In this document: piece after piece, positions 1 through 9,651 of the stretch
How positions within the stretch are numbered: the stretch's first letter is position 1
How the letters are laid out: each line of letters opens with the position of its first letter
Assembly: GCA_964634935.1 (NCBI GenBank)
Contig: CAZWJT010000001.1
Location: 288,949-352,948, forward strand
Source: an uncultured Planctomycetia bacterium
GTDB taxonomy: Bacteria > Omnitrophota > Gorgyraeia > Duberdicusellales > Duberdicusellaceae
Reading direction: 5' to 3'
Length of the DNA: 64,000 nt
The notes under the pieces: model-generated
Databases searched by the model: none
Told to the model about the DNA's origin: nothing
Seen by the model: the letters and a program-made list of their open reading frames with translations, nothing else
Translations under genes and position numbers: made by a program

Positions 1-714
1 TTGCGTCGTCGAAAGAAAGACGTATCTTTTTTTTCTTGGCAATACGCTCGGCTTCAGAAACTGCCATCCGCATCAGAGACCGCGCGTGCTCACTTGAAAG
101 AAGATCTGAATTTCTCACCCGCAGCAAGGCTGTCAAAGCGTTCACCCCTGCGTTCACCAGCAGCTTACCCCAAATTGCTGCATGAATATCATGCGTGATC
201 TTGACCGGGATTGCACATTCTTTGAAAACCTGGCGGATTTCCGAAAGTATTGCCGGCGTTCTTTTCGCTTTATCCCCGATGGTCGTCAATCCTTCAGCGG
301 TATGAATAATATGCCCGGGTTTAACCCGAATACAACTTTGCTCAGTAACCGCCCCCAAAACGCGGTCTTCTCCGACAACCTCGGCAATAGCCTCTAAATT
401 CCCCAACCCGTTCTGGAAAGATAAAACAAAGCCTCTTTTCCCACACAATTCCTTAGCCCGAGGAAGCGTGGAAATAACATCGTATGCCTTCACACATAGT
501 ATGACTAAATCACATTCTCCCGCTTCAGATGAATCGCGGATGACACAGGGTGAAATCCTTTTATGGCTGATACCCTCAAAAACAATGCCTTCTTTCCTGA
601 GTAAATTTACCCTCTGATCATCCTTGGCAACTAAATAAATTTCTTTTATCTTTCGTGAGATAAGAGCGTAGAAAAGGCTTCCAATCGCACCTGGACCAAT
701 AATCGCTATCTTCA
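1..714 (-). CDS. panE: 2-dehydropantoate 2-reductase (ketopantoate reductase, ApbA/PanE family). Partial: the start codon is at 714 and the 3' end lies beyond the window start.
   Basis: Reverse-complement of 674-714 reads ATG AAG ATA GCG ATT ATT GGT CCA GGT GCG ATT GGA AGC = MKIAIIGPGAIGS, the Rossmann N-terminus typical of KPR. The frame stays open to position 1 with no stop. It is not in the supplied ORF track. Confidence 0.6.
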
Positions 715-792
715 TCTTTCCGCTTCCTCTCTTAGGATAGTTTAATTTGAGAAGCAAGAAAAGTCAATATCGCTGAAAAATAAAGAAGATTC

Positions 793-820
793 TTGACCTG
801 GGAGAGAAATACCATATAAT
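793..820 (+). promoter_or_regulatory. Sigma70-like promoter for the nfeD/SPFH pair: TTGACC (793-798), 16-nt spacer, TATAAT (815-820), with the ATG at 828.
   Basis: Hexamers read directly in the divergent intergenic region between panE and the 828 ORF. Confidence 0.45.
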
Positions 821-827
821 CGGAATT

Positions 828-2108
828 ATGAAAAAAATCTTTCCTCCCTTTTTACTCCTTCTCGGTTTTTTATGGTCTTGCCATGCGGCCGAGGTCAGAA
901 TCATTACTCTGGACGATTCAACAATAACTCCGGTTATTGAAGAATACATCAGTGACACTCTGAAACAATGCGAGAATGAAAAAAACTACCTGCTTATCCA
1001 AATCAATACTCCTGGAGGATTGCTGAAACCAACCCAAAATATCGTCCAAGCACTCTTAAACAGTACTACCCCAACGATCGCCTACATCGCGCCAAGAGGA
1101 ACGCGTGCTGCATCAGCGGGAACTTTCATCGGTTACGCCTGTCACATCCTTGCCATGGCTCCTTCAACTCGGCTCGGCGCAGCTCATCCAATACTCGGAG
1201 GCGGAAGCTGGGGGGACTTTTCTCCTGAGATAAAAACGAAACTGATCAATGATACCCTTGCTTGGGCAAAAAATATCGCGCTGATGCGCAATCGCCCTTT
1301 TTCCTTTCTCGAACGCTCCATCCAAGAAAGCGTCTCCCTTACCGAGCAGGAAGCAGAAAAAGAAAAAATTATTGATTGTGTCGCTGAAAATATTGATGAC
1401 TTATTGCAAAAAATAGACGGAAAAGAAATCTCGCTTCCCGAAAAAAAGACTATGCGACTAGAAACAAAGAATTCCCAGCAGAAACACAGTAACCTGAACC
1501 AGCGCCAGAAAATACTTACGGTCTTTGCAAATCCGAATATAGCGTATCTTTTCCTTGTATTCGGCTTTCTGGGGCTTATCTTTGAAATCACACATCCCGG
1601 GACAGCCTTCCCGGGGATCCTCGGAACAATAGCGCTCGTTCTCTCCTTTTATTCTTTCCAAATCCTCCCGGTAAATTATGCCGGAGTAATTCTTATTGTG
1701 GCCGGCATCGTGTTTTTTATCATCGAGGCGTTTACTCCTGCTTTTGGCGTTCTCACTCTCGGGGGAATTATCGCTTTTATCTTTGGATCGATCATGCTTT
1801 TCCGAAATCCTTCCATATTCTCGGTTTCACTCTCTCTTGTCGTGCCGATTGCTCTTGCTCTTGCCTTTTGGAGTATTTTTATCCTAGGAAAAGCACTCAA
1901 GGAACGGGTAAAAAAACCTCGGTCAGGGCAAGATGCACTCGTTGGCCGCGAAGGGATCGCTCAGACAGATATTGCCCCCCATGGAAAAGTGTTTATTCGA
2001 GGCGAACTATGGAATGCCTCTAGTACAGAAAAAATCCGTGCCGGAGAAAAAGTCATTATAGAAAAAACTCAAGCTTTGACTCTCTTCGTCAAGAAAGCCC
2101 AGGAGTAA
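828..2108 (+). CDS. NfeD-family membrane-bound serine protease (long form: ClpP-like protease domain, TM segments, C-terminal OB-fold domain).
   Basis: Signal peptide MKKIFPPFLLLLGFLWSCHA. A ClpP-class region (IQINTPGG...ASAGTFIGYACHI). Hydrophobic middle and a C-terminal soluble domain. Immediately upstream of an SPFH gene. Confidence 0.7.
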   Translation: MKKIFPPFLLLLGFLWSCHAAEVRIITLDDSTITPVIEEYISDTLKQCENEKNYLLIQINTPGGLLKPTQNIVQALLNSTTPTIAYIAPRGTRAASAGTFIGYACHILAMAPSTRLGAAHPILGGGSWGDFSPEIKTKLINDTLAWAKNIALMRNRPFSFLERSIQESVSLTEQEAEKEKIIDCVAENIDDLLQKIDGKEISLPEKKTMRLETKNSQQKHSNLNQRQKILTVFANPNIAYLFLVFGFLGLIFEITHPGTAFPGILGTIALVLSFYSFQILPVNYAGVILIVAGIVFFIIEAFTPAFGVLTLGGIIAFIFGSIMLFRNPSIFSVSLSLVVPIALALAFWSIFILGKALKERVKKPRSGQDALVGREGIAQTDIAPHGKVFIRGELWNASSTEKIRAGEKVIIEKTQALTLFVKKAQE

Positions 2109-2156
2109 ACCTTTCGGCTTTCAGAATAGAAATGCGCGTAAATAAAGGAGGGTGCG

Positions 2157-2900
2157 ATGAACTTTGGAATAGGGTTGGTTGTTTTCGCGGTCCTGTATAT
2201 TTTCAGCTGCCTCAAAGTTGTCAATGAATATGAACGGGCTGTTATATTCCGGTTAGGAAGAGTGCTTGATCAGCCAAAAGGACCGGGTCTTTTTTTGGTT
2301 CTCTGGCCAATAGACCAGATGGTAAAAGTATCGTTGCGAACGGTCACTCTCGATGTTCCGCCGCAAGACATTATCACCAATGATAACGTTTCAGTAAAAG
2401 TAAATGCGGTAGTTTACTATCGAATCACCGATCCAATTAAAACAATCGTTGAGGTTGAAGATTTTGAGTTTGCCACTTCGCAAATTTCTCAGACTACGCT
2501 GCGCAGCGTTTTAGGGCAGGTAGTGCTTGATGAAGTGCTTTCGAATCGGGAAAAGCTGAACAACGCACTCCAAGAGATAATCGACAAACAAACTGACCCA
2601 TGGGGGATCAAAGTCTCTGTTGTTGAAATAAAACATGTTGATTTGCCTCAAGAGATGCAGCGGGCTATGGCGCGACAAGCCGAAGCGGAACGGGAACGAC
2701 GGGCAAAAATCATTGCCGCAGAAGGAGAACATCAAGCTGCGGATAAGTTAAAAGCTGCCGCCGAGGTTATCGAAAACCACCCAATAGCGCTCCAAATGCG
2801 TTATCTACAGACACTGGTCGAGATTTCAACGGAACGTTCCACAACAATCGTCTTTCCTTTGCCGATTGAAGTATTGAAAACGTTTTTAGACAAAAAATAG
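2157..2900 (+). CDS. SPFH/band-7 stomatin-like protein.
   Basis: N-terminal TM helix, then an SPFH core ([11 protein letters not shown]...VVYYRITDP...) and a coiled-coil [20 protein letters not shown]. This is the canonical partner of NfeD. Confidence 0.75.
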   Translation: MNFGIGLVVFAVLYIFSCLKVVNEYERAVIFRLGRVLDQPKGPGLFLVLWPIDQMVKVSLRTVTLDVPPQDIITNDNVSVKVNAVVYYRITDPIKTIVEVEDFEFATSQISQTTLRSVLGQVVLDEVLSNREKLNNALQEIIDKQTDPWGIKVSVVEIKHVDLPQEMQRAMARQAEAERERRAKIIAAEGEHQAADKLKAAAEVIENHPIALQMRYLQTLVEISTERSTTIVFPLPIEVLKTFLDKK

Positions 2901-2909
2901 GCGAGCCGG

Positions 2910-5900
2910 TTATTGACAAATATCCGGATCTGCAGTTTGAGCGCAATAGTGATCTTGGCCGATCTGTCTCCAAAGATCATTGCCGGTGAAACTTAAGACG
3001 CTTTCTGTCGTTGTGGGCGATGCTTGGGGGAAACGATCATCATAGACGGAAAGTAATGTTGACGGATTCATGCTCTGCCAGGAAAGATACCCAAGCGGTG
3101 CCTTTCTCCCCCGGTAATCAAAATAACTGGAACTATTTTCCTCGGGACGAAGAGGCTGCATGTACTCATCATCGTAATCAGGATCATCTGGATCATAGAA
3201 ATCAAACATCGTCCCCTTCAGGGTTCTCGTTGTTGCGGCTGAACAACTAGCACCACTACAGACCTGCCAATCTTCCAAGACTTCAGTAGCATACGGAGTA
3301 ATAAACAAAGAATTATAAGAATAAGAATTTTTGTCAATGGTATTGGGAAAATTTGCCGCGTTAGCTTGGATATGGTTTGCTTGCAGCGTATTCTTCTGGG
3401 TAACCACAGCATTACGCAGTTCCTGAGACATAGCGTAATAATATTTATAACTGCCATCAGGATTTTTGGATAAAACATCGTCAGCGCTTACCCATACACT
3501 CTGCGCATCAGGAGTATCCTCAGCAACAACTCCTGTGTATCCGGTGATCAACCCGTTCGCATCCTTAGATACTCCAACCTTGACATACGGATAATTCAAA
3601 TATACCTTAAATGATGGTACGCTCTGTGGATCAGCAAAAGCGTTAGACAGCGTGAACACTTTCCTAGGTGTTGCAATGTGTGAGATTTTCCAGTCCTGGG
3701 TATTATAATCACCCTTCAGATAAACGCTTTCTTCGCTAATCAAGGTAAAAACCGCTGTTTTCCCTGCGCTATTGGTACCAGGAAGACTCTGCGCGTTTGA
3801 AAGACGAATAGGGTGCTCGGCATAGAAAAACCCATTAAAATCATCTCCTTTTGCGGTCTTAAATTTTGCGATATTAATATCGACCAGAGTTACCTGGCGG
3901 TTGGTCTTCCAGTTAAAAAATTGTTTTTTGCTAGCAAATTTCTGCTCATCTTCCAGTCCGCTATTCAGCGATGAAACAACCGCATCAATATCTTGATCTG
4001 CAGAAATATACACTCCTCCGGTCTGAGCCATCTCTTTATAGCGGCTTGATTCACCGACCGGATTATCCGGATCATCAAAAATCCTGGTAAACTGCGGTTC
4101 GATTTTCTGTACCCCAGCCTGGAAAATACCCTCAACCCCAGTTGCTCCCTGTACAGGAGGGTTGCTCAACAATGCTAGATATTCGCTAAATCCCTGAGGT
4201 TGCAGAAGCGCATTTAAAGCATGGATTTTGCGGGCTTGGCTGTCTTCATTGTTTATATCGACCCCATAACGATATTCGGCATCGCCAAACATGGCTTCAT
4301 TCTTATCAGAATCACCTGCGTTGAGAAAACGATTAAAATATGGATAGGGAATCTGCGCCTGATTATAACAATTTCCCCAGCAGGAAAAATATTCCACGCA
4401 AGCCTGGGTAGAACTACAGTCAAATGCGCTATAACAGGCATCCCGGCACTCTTGGCATGTTTCACAGCCAGGGCACATTGAAATATCACCCCAATCATCA
4501 AGACAAAACCTGCACTCATCTGTGCAGCTACAATTGACCGAACAGGATTCTGCATTCTGCCAGCACTGATCGCAGGCAGGCCCCGTGGAACAACCGGAAA
4601 AACATGCATCAAAAATAGCACTATCCCATTGCGTACCAACGCTTGTATCTTTTGCTTTTACATATTGGGAAGAAAGATTATTATAACACTCATCGGTCAG
4701 ACAAAAGTTCCCTTCTGCGTCTTTCTTCCGATATCGCCACCCGGTTGCGATCGAACTATCTGGACCCTTGCTCACCTTACAGCCAGAAGAACCCTCGTCG
4801 CATTTTTCAGTAGCATAAAGAATGACCGGAGACTCGTTCGCTGTTTTTCCTGTGTACTTATCGGCTAGAACTTCTACTGCCTGGCCGTCCGAACGAGCTA
4901 CGGTCGTTCTCTTCCAGCTATATGCATCAGACAGACCACCCGGCAACTGAAACCACAGATCATTTAAATTCCCTAATTTATCCTTAAAGGGACGAAAAAC
5001 CAGATTACCGAGCACAAAGGAATTTGATTGCCATTGGGGAACAGACGCTGAAAGACTGTTGGTATTCGGATTTAAGGAAAAACGCACAATTTTAATATTG
5101 GAATTGCTTGCTGGAAAAAAGTCGCTTGCGCCGTTAAGCGTCGTAAGTCCATAATACGTTGACGGCTCTGAAGTAAGAGTTCCATAGGTCTCACTGTAAT
5201 AATAATTGCTTCCTGTGTGTTGCGTTCCATAAAAAAATGTGTCTTCCCCCCAAAAAGCCCACGGCTTTGTATCAGAAGAACCCCAATTACCCGCAAGCCA
5301 ATCGCCGTAAGTTTTATATCCCCGGGACCAACCTGTTGCCGCAGAATATGACCAAGCACCAAATGGGCCAGGAATGACGTTATCATTCGTGAAAGTTTTA
5401 TGGTGCGCTCGCCATCCCCAGTATGGAGCAGGAGCCATTCCCAATTCTTCTATCTGGATATTGCCGTCGAAATCATCGAAGTAATGGGGAGCGGGCATTT
5501 GATAACGCATCTCATATTTGATAGTCCCCGCGGCGGACATTTCACCAATCTGATTAAAAATGAGCCCATGAGAACCGCTTGGAGCAAATTTTAGATTCCG
5601 GTTTGTGTGGACTTTTCCTCCTTTAAAGTCGTAGAGCCCTTTGCCCGAAAAAAGCAAATCACGGTTTGAAAAAAATGCGTATTGATACATCGGATTCGGC
5701 GCACGCCGGCATTCAAGAAAACGAGACACGCTTTCGTTTGTGCTTAAACCCCTGGCATAAATATACAAAGTTCCCTCGTTGATTTCTGCTTTGGCTTTAA
5801 AACGCATGGTTCCATCGTCCCAGATGTAAAAACCATTGGTATCGATCGAAGGGCCATCTGTCCCCTGTGGATATTTTAGCTGGGGAGCGTAGAGCGGGTT

Positions 5901-6134
5901 GGCATTGGTTGTTTCCCAAAGCCAATCATGCTGTTTTGCTTCCCACAGACAAATTTTTTTCGCCGCTTCGGCGGTATAAAATCCCTGCAAAGAATTCAAA
6001 TGATTCCGCTGGAACTGGGTTGAAGAAACATACTCATAAATATTAACCGCCGAAAGAGAAGATACAAGAAGCGCGATGAAAAGCGCAAAAACAAAAGCAA
6101 CGGCTTTTTTGTTGGAAGTATTCTTTGCTTTCAT
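2910..6134 (-). CDS. 1074-aa giant protein with an N-terminal TM/signal-anchor and a cysteine-rich module, probably exported. It is the terminal gene of the Tad-like operon. Function unknown.
   Basis: N-terminus KKAVAFVFALFIALLVSSLSAV. W/Y/G/N-rich beta-like composition. A dense Cys cluster (CFSGCSTGPACDQCWQNAESCSVNCSCTDECRFCLDDWGDISMCPGCETCQECRDACYSAFDCSSTQACVEYFSCWGNCY). I recognised no catalytic motif. Confidence 0.5.
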   Translation of the reverse strand: MKAKNTSNKKAVAFVFALFIALLVSSLSAVNIYEYVSSTQFQRNHLNSLQGFYTAEAAKKICLWEAKQHDWLWETTNANPLYAPQLKYPQGTDGPSIDTNGFYIWDDGTMRFKAKAEINEGTLYIYARGLSTNESVSRFLECRRAPNPMYQYAFFSNRDLLFSGKGLYDFKGGKVHTNRNLKFAPSGSHGLIFNQIGEMSAAGTIKYEMRYQMPAPHYFDDFDGNIQIEELGMAPAPYWGWRAHHKTFTNDNVIPGPFGAWSYSAATGWSRGYKTYGDWLAGNWGSSDTKPWAFWGEDTFFYGTQHTGSNYYYSETYGTLTSEPSTYYGLTTLNGASDFFPASNSNIKIVRFSLNPNTNSLSASVPQWQSNSFVLGNLVFRPFKDKLGNLNDLWFQLPGGLSDAYSWKRTTVARSDGQAVEVLADKYTGKTANESPVILYATEKCDEGSSGCKVSKGPDSSIATGWRYRKKDAEGNFCLTDECYNNLSSQYVKAKDTSVGTQWDSAIFDACFSGCSTGPACDQCWQNAESCSVNCSCTDECRFCLDDWGDISMCPGCETCQECRDACYSAFDCSSTQACVEYFSCWGNCYNQAQIPYPYFNRFLNAGDSDKNEAMFGDAEYRYGVDINNEDSQARKIHALNALLQPQGFSEYLALLSNPPVQGATGVEGIFQAGVQKIEPQFTRIFDDPDNPVGESSRYKEMAQTGGVYISADQDIDAVVSSLNSGLEDEQKFASKKQFFNWKTNRQVTLVDINIAKFKTAKGDDFNGFFYAEHPIRLSNAQSLPGTNSAGKTAVFTLISEESVYLKGDYNTQDWKISHIATPRKVFTLSNAFADPQSVPSFKVYLNYPYVKVGVSKDANGLITGYTGVVAEDTPDAQSVWVSADDVLSKNPDGSYKYYYAMSQELRNAVVTQKNTLQANHIQANAANFPNTIDKNSYSYNSLFITPYATEVLEDWQVCSGASCSAATTRTLKGTMFDFYDPDDPDYDDEYMQPLRPEENSSSYFDYRGRKAPLGYLSWQSMNPSTLLSVYDDRFPQASPTTTESVLSFTGNDLWRQIGQDHYCAQTADPDICQ

Positions 6135-6215
6135 ATTTTATTTTCCGTGCCCCGCACCAAGGAAAAGTTCTTTACTGCAAACATAAGTTCATCGATAACC
6201 CTGGAAATACGTTCA

Positions 6216-6770
6216 TCAATTTCGTAAAGATACAATCGTTGATAACCGATAAATAAGCGGTTCAGCAAGCCTCGCGCCCTGGTAGGTATCGATAAACAAA
6301 TTAAGCGAAATCGAATAGGCTGAACTTTGGGTGGTCGGACTGATAGTAAATCCTTTTTCGCCTTGAGCAGAATCGATATACAGATTTTCCACGAGCGTTT
6401 TTTCCTCTAAAATCGTGCTCCCCGAACGCAGCTGGCGCATGAGCTTAGTGCCGCTTATCGTATATACGATGTCTCCCGCGTCCTGTCCATTTCCCCAGAG
6501 AAGAACACCTTCATGCTCGAAATAAACCGAAAAAGTAACCCCTGTGCCTGAGGCATCAGGAAACACGTGTCCTGTTCCAGACTGCATTAATTCTTGAGCC
6601 ATTCTCGTAAGGGCAACCTGAGCGCGTTGTTGAAGATGCAATTTTCCTGAAAACTGGGCCCAGCTTAACCGCCCTACTGAAGTGATGCTAAACACCAAAG
6701 AAAGAACCAAAGAAAAAACAGCGGTTGCGATTAAAGCTTCTGAAATAGTAAATGCTCCCTTATGCCTCAT
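6216..6770 (-). CDS. Pseudopilin/minor pilin-like protein with a prepilin-type N-terminal hydrophobic segment.
   Basis: MRHKGAFTISEALIATAVFSLVLSLVF resembles the G-F-T-L-I-E class III signal, with the Glu displaced by one. It overlaps the upstream gene by 4 nt. Confidence 0.5.
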   Translation of the reverse strand: MRHKGAFTISEALIATAVFSLVLSLVFSITSVGRLSWAQFSGKLHLQQRAQVALTRMAQELMQSGTGHVFPDASGTGVTFSVYFEHEGVLLWGNGQDAGDIVYTISGTKLMRQLRSGSTILEEKTLVENLYIDSAQGEKGFTISPTTQSSAYSISLNLFIDTYQGARLAEPLIYRLSTIVSLRN

Positions 6771-7297
6771 TGTACCGAAGAAATCACTGTCTGCAACGCG
6801 ATTGGCGAAGAAATCTTTCCGTCGCCGTTTACGTCCTCCCCGACATCAAGAACTCCGTTCAAATTCGTATCCTCCCCAATGATCCGTCTCCCGGCCCGGA
6901 AGCAAATGACGACTTCCGCCTTAATGATATCGGATAACAGCTGCGTCGCGTTATGGAACCGTTCAATATAAAACACGCCTGAAAATTTCTCTGCTACTCC
7001 GGAGAAAAAAAATGTTTTCTCTGCGTCAGTAAATACATTAATCCTTGGATTCTCTGAATTTGTACGATCGTAGGCAAGATGGTTGCTTAAAATACTGCTT
7101 ACTCCCTCGCGCTGCAGGTCTTCAAGTTTACCGCGAGCCGCTTCAACAGCCTTGGTAAGAAAAGAGGCTGAATCCACGCCCTGGAAAAGCACAGGATAAA
7201 CAGTTGCGACGACCCCGGCCACAAGGGCGATGATAGCCACAGAGAGCAAAACTTCAACAATAGTTAATCCAGACCGCTGGGTTCCTCGAAACATCAT
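6767..7297 (-). CDS. Pseudopilin/minor pilin-like protein (prepilin-type N-terminal cleavage/methylation-like domain).
   Basis: MMFRGTQRSGLTIVEVLLSVAIIALVAGVV, i.e. G followed by LTIVE with Glu at +5, then a hydrophobic helix. Confidence 0.55.
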   Translation of the reverse strand: MMFRGTQRSGLTIVEVLLSVAIIALVAGVVATVYPVLFQGVDSASFLTKAVEAARGKLEDLQREGVSSILSNHLAYDRTNSENPRINVFTDAEKTFFFSGVAEKFSGVFYIERFHNATQLLSDIIKAEVVICFRAGRRIIGEDTNLNGVLDVGEDVNGDGKISSPIALQTVISSVQ

Positions 7298-7387
7298 TTT
7301 TTGGTCGTAACCATTTGAATAAAATCTGGTATAAGAATATCATTGAACCAAAAGAAAAGCAATCAAAAGCTTGAGTCTGGAGGCGAA

Positions 7388-9559
7388 TCAATCCTGAGGA
7401 GTGAAAATTTCTTTGGCAACAACGATACCCCGTGAACGCATGTCTTCGTAGAAACTTGGAATAAATCCCGTAGGGGTAAAATACCCTTTTACCTTTCCCT
7501 GGGTATCAAGGCCCGTTTGCCGGAAAAGAAAGATATCCTGCAAATTCACATGGGTATCATCAAGCATGCCAACGACTTCGGTGATCTGAATTACCTTACG
7601 AGTGCCGTCTGACAGGCGCGCGGTATGGACAATAAGATGTATCGCTGAGGCGATCATCTCGCGGATAGCCCGGATAGGAAGCTCAAGTCCAGACATAAGC
7701 AGCATTGAATCAAGACGAATCATGACGTCATGGGTCGAGTTTGCATGAATCGTTGAAAGCGATCCATCGTGTCCCGTATTCATCGCTTGCAACATATCCA
7801 GAACTTCTTTCCCGCGGACTTCACCAACAATAATTCGGTCAGGACGCATACGCAAGGCATTCCGAAAGAGATCGCGGATGGAAATCTCTCCTTTCCCTTC
7901 TATATTCGGTGGGCGTGCTTCCAGGCGTACCCAGTGGGTCTGATTCAGCTTCAATTCGGCCGAATCCTCCATAGTTACGATGCGTTCCCGTTCTGGAATA
8001 TAATGGGAAAGTATGTTTAAAAATGTGGTCTTTCCGGACCCGGTACCTCCTGATACAAGAATATTACGCCGGGCAATCACTGCTCCTTCTAAAAATTGAG
8101 CCATAGAAGGCGTAAGACTGCCAAATTTATCAATCAAATCCTGCATAATCAGCCTCTGTCTGGCAAACTTTCTGATAGTCAGCGTAGGACCAGTAAGGGC
8201 TAACGGAGGAATAATGGCATTCACACGAGAACCATCAGGAAGGCGGGCGTCAACGTAAGGATTAGACTCATCAATTCTTCTGCCAAGAGGAGCAAGTATC
8301 CGTTCGATAACAATGCGAACCTGCTCATTCGCGGTAAACTTTTTGTTGGTCGATTCAAGAAGCCCGTTCCGTTCAATATACACCTGGTCTTTATTGTTCA
8401 CCATTATTTCTGTAACTGAAGCGTCCTTCAAAAGATCTTCAAGCGGGCCCAAACCCAAAGCCTCATCGATAATTTCTTTGATAAACCGGTTCCGTATCTC
8501 AAAAGATGACAGAAACCCTCCCCCTTCCTGAGTCAACAGGTTCGAAACTATTTTCTCGGCTTTTTCCTTCAATGATTTTGCTTTTTCATAATCAGCAGTG
8601 AGAATTTCCACCGGCATACGCTTTAAATCCATCTCTTCAATCAACCGTTGGTGAATTCTTTTCTTGAGCTTTACAATCTCATCGTCCTCGGGCTTGCTCA
8701 ACCCCATAGAAACCGGAGATTCCATAATCCCCATGCGCACCAAAAAATCCTGAGGTGAAGATTCGATTGAACCCTTATTCATGCGCATTTCGGAAAGTTC
8801 CGCGTGTTTTATGTAGATGTCTTCGGCGCTGATCAGCTGGGCGGTAAGTAATTTGATTGCCTCGCTCACTTTGCTGCGCTTGTTGTCCAATACAACTGGA
8901 ACACCCCTATTTAAAGCAAGACCGACAATCTGCCCTTCTGAGGGAACTTTCGCGAAAATTTCTAGAGGAAAAAGAAGCTTAATTTCCTGCCAGCTGACAG
9001 CTCCCCGGCTTTCAGCGCGGTTGAGGACAATTTTTATCATCTTGAGCGGAAAATGCAGAGATTGAAACGTATCTAAAAACCAATCCGTTTGATACACAGA
9101 AAGAACGTCTGGAGTAACGATGAGGAAGATCAGATTTGACGTGTCGAAGATACGAATTAAAACATCGGTTAAATCTCTCCCGGCATCGATAATGATAAAA
9201 TCATACGCCAAATTGCGAAACAGCTCAAAAATATTTTTTACATGCTCAGCGTTGATTTTGGATATTTCTTTGGGATGGAGAATCGCGGGAAGAAGATGTA
9301 GATTTTCATTGATCGGGGTAACGTATTTCTCAATTGTATTCCCTGATTTAACTTCGTCCCAAGACTGGAGTAAATGCAGCATCGATTTTTCGGTCTGGAC
9401 GTTAAACATTTTTGCCATGTCTTGCGGACCTGACAAATCAAGATCGACCAGAAGCGTTTTTTTTCTTTGTTCACCAAGCGCTACAGCAATATTCAAAGAA
9501 AGCGTCGTTTTACCAACACCCCCCTTGGTACTAAAAAAACTTATTATTTTGGCGCTCAT
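7388..9559 (-). CDS. Fused pilus-assembly ATPase: an N-terminal ParA/MinD-like (CpaE/TadZ-like) domain plus a C-terminal CpaF/TadA (VirB11-family) secretion ATPase.
   Basis: N-terminus has the deviant Walker [18 protein letters not shown]. The C-terminal half has [12 protein letters not shown], Asp/His boxes, and a typical CpaF length. 723 aa in total. Confidence 0.75.
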   Translation of the reverse strand: MSAKIISFFSTKGGVGKTTLSLNIAVALGEQRKKTLLVDLDLSGPQDMAKMFNVQTEKSMLHLLQSWDEVKSGNTIEKYVTPINENLHLLPAILHPKEISKINAEHVKNIFELFRNLAYDFIIIDAGRDLTDVLIRIFDTSNLIFLIVTPDVLSVYQTDWFLDTFQSLHFPLKMIKIVLNRAESRGAVSWQEIKLLFPLEIFAKVPSEGQIVGLALNRGVPVVLDNKRSKVSEAIKLLTAQLISAEDIYIKHAELSEMRMNKGSIESSPQDFLVRMGIMESPVSMGLSKPEDDEIVKLKKRIHQRLIEEMDLKRMPVEILTADYEKAKSLKEKAEKIVSNLLTQEGGGFLSSFEIRNRFIKEIIDEALGLGPLEDLLKDASVTEIMVNNKDQVYIERNGLLESTNKKFTANEQVRIVIERILAPLGRRIDESNPYVDARLPDGSRVNAIIPPLALTGPTLTIRKFARQRLIMQDLIDKFGSLTPSMAQFLEGAVIARRNILVSGGTGSGKTTFLNILSHYIPERERIVTMEDSAELKLNQTHWVRLEARPPNIEGKGEISIRDLFRNALRMRPDRIIVGEVRGKEVLDMLQAMNTGHDGSLSTIHANSTHDVMIRLDSMLLMSGLELPIRAIREMIASAIHLIVHTARLSDGTRKVIQITEVVGMLDDTHVNLQDIFLFRQTGLDTQGKVKGYFTPTGFIPSFYEDMRSRGIVVAKEIFTPQD

Positions 9560-9651
9560 AGAACTAAGATTGGCAAATCACGCTATATCCGCGAGGAAAT
9601 TGAAGAATAACACAGCCCTTAATTACGATATACACAAAACCCGCGTATTGA

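Noticed and set aside
1-397. Plus-strand ORFs 1..198 and 182..397 from the ORF track.
   Set aside because: They lie antisense to a well-supported panE (KPR) reading frame that runs without stops from 714 to the window start. They have no motifs and are most likely spurious.
2895-2945. Possible bidirectional terminator between the convergent SPFH and giant-protein genes (atccggatc palindrome, ccgg...ccgg).
   Set aside because: The stems are only 4 bp with no convincing U-tracts. The gap is only 9 nt, so a real terminator cannot be supported.
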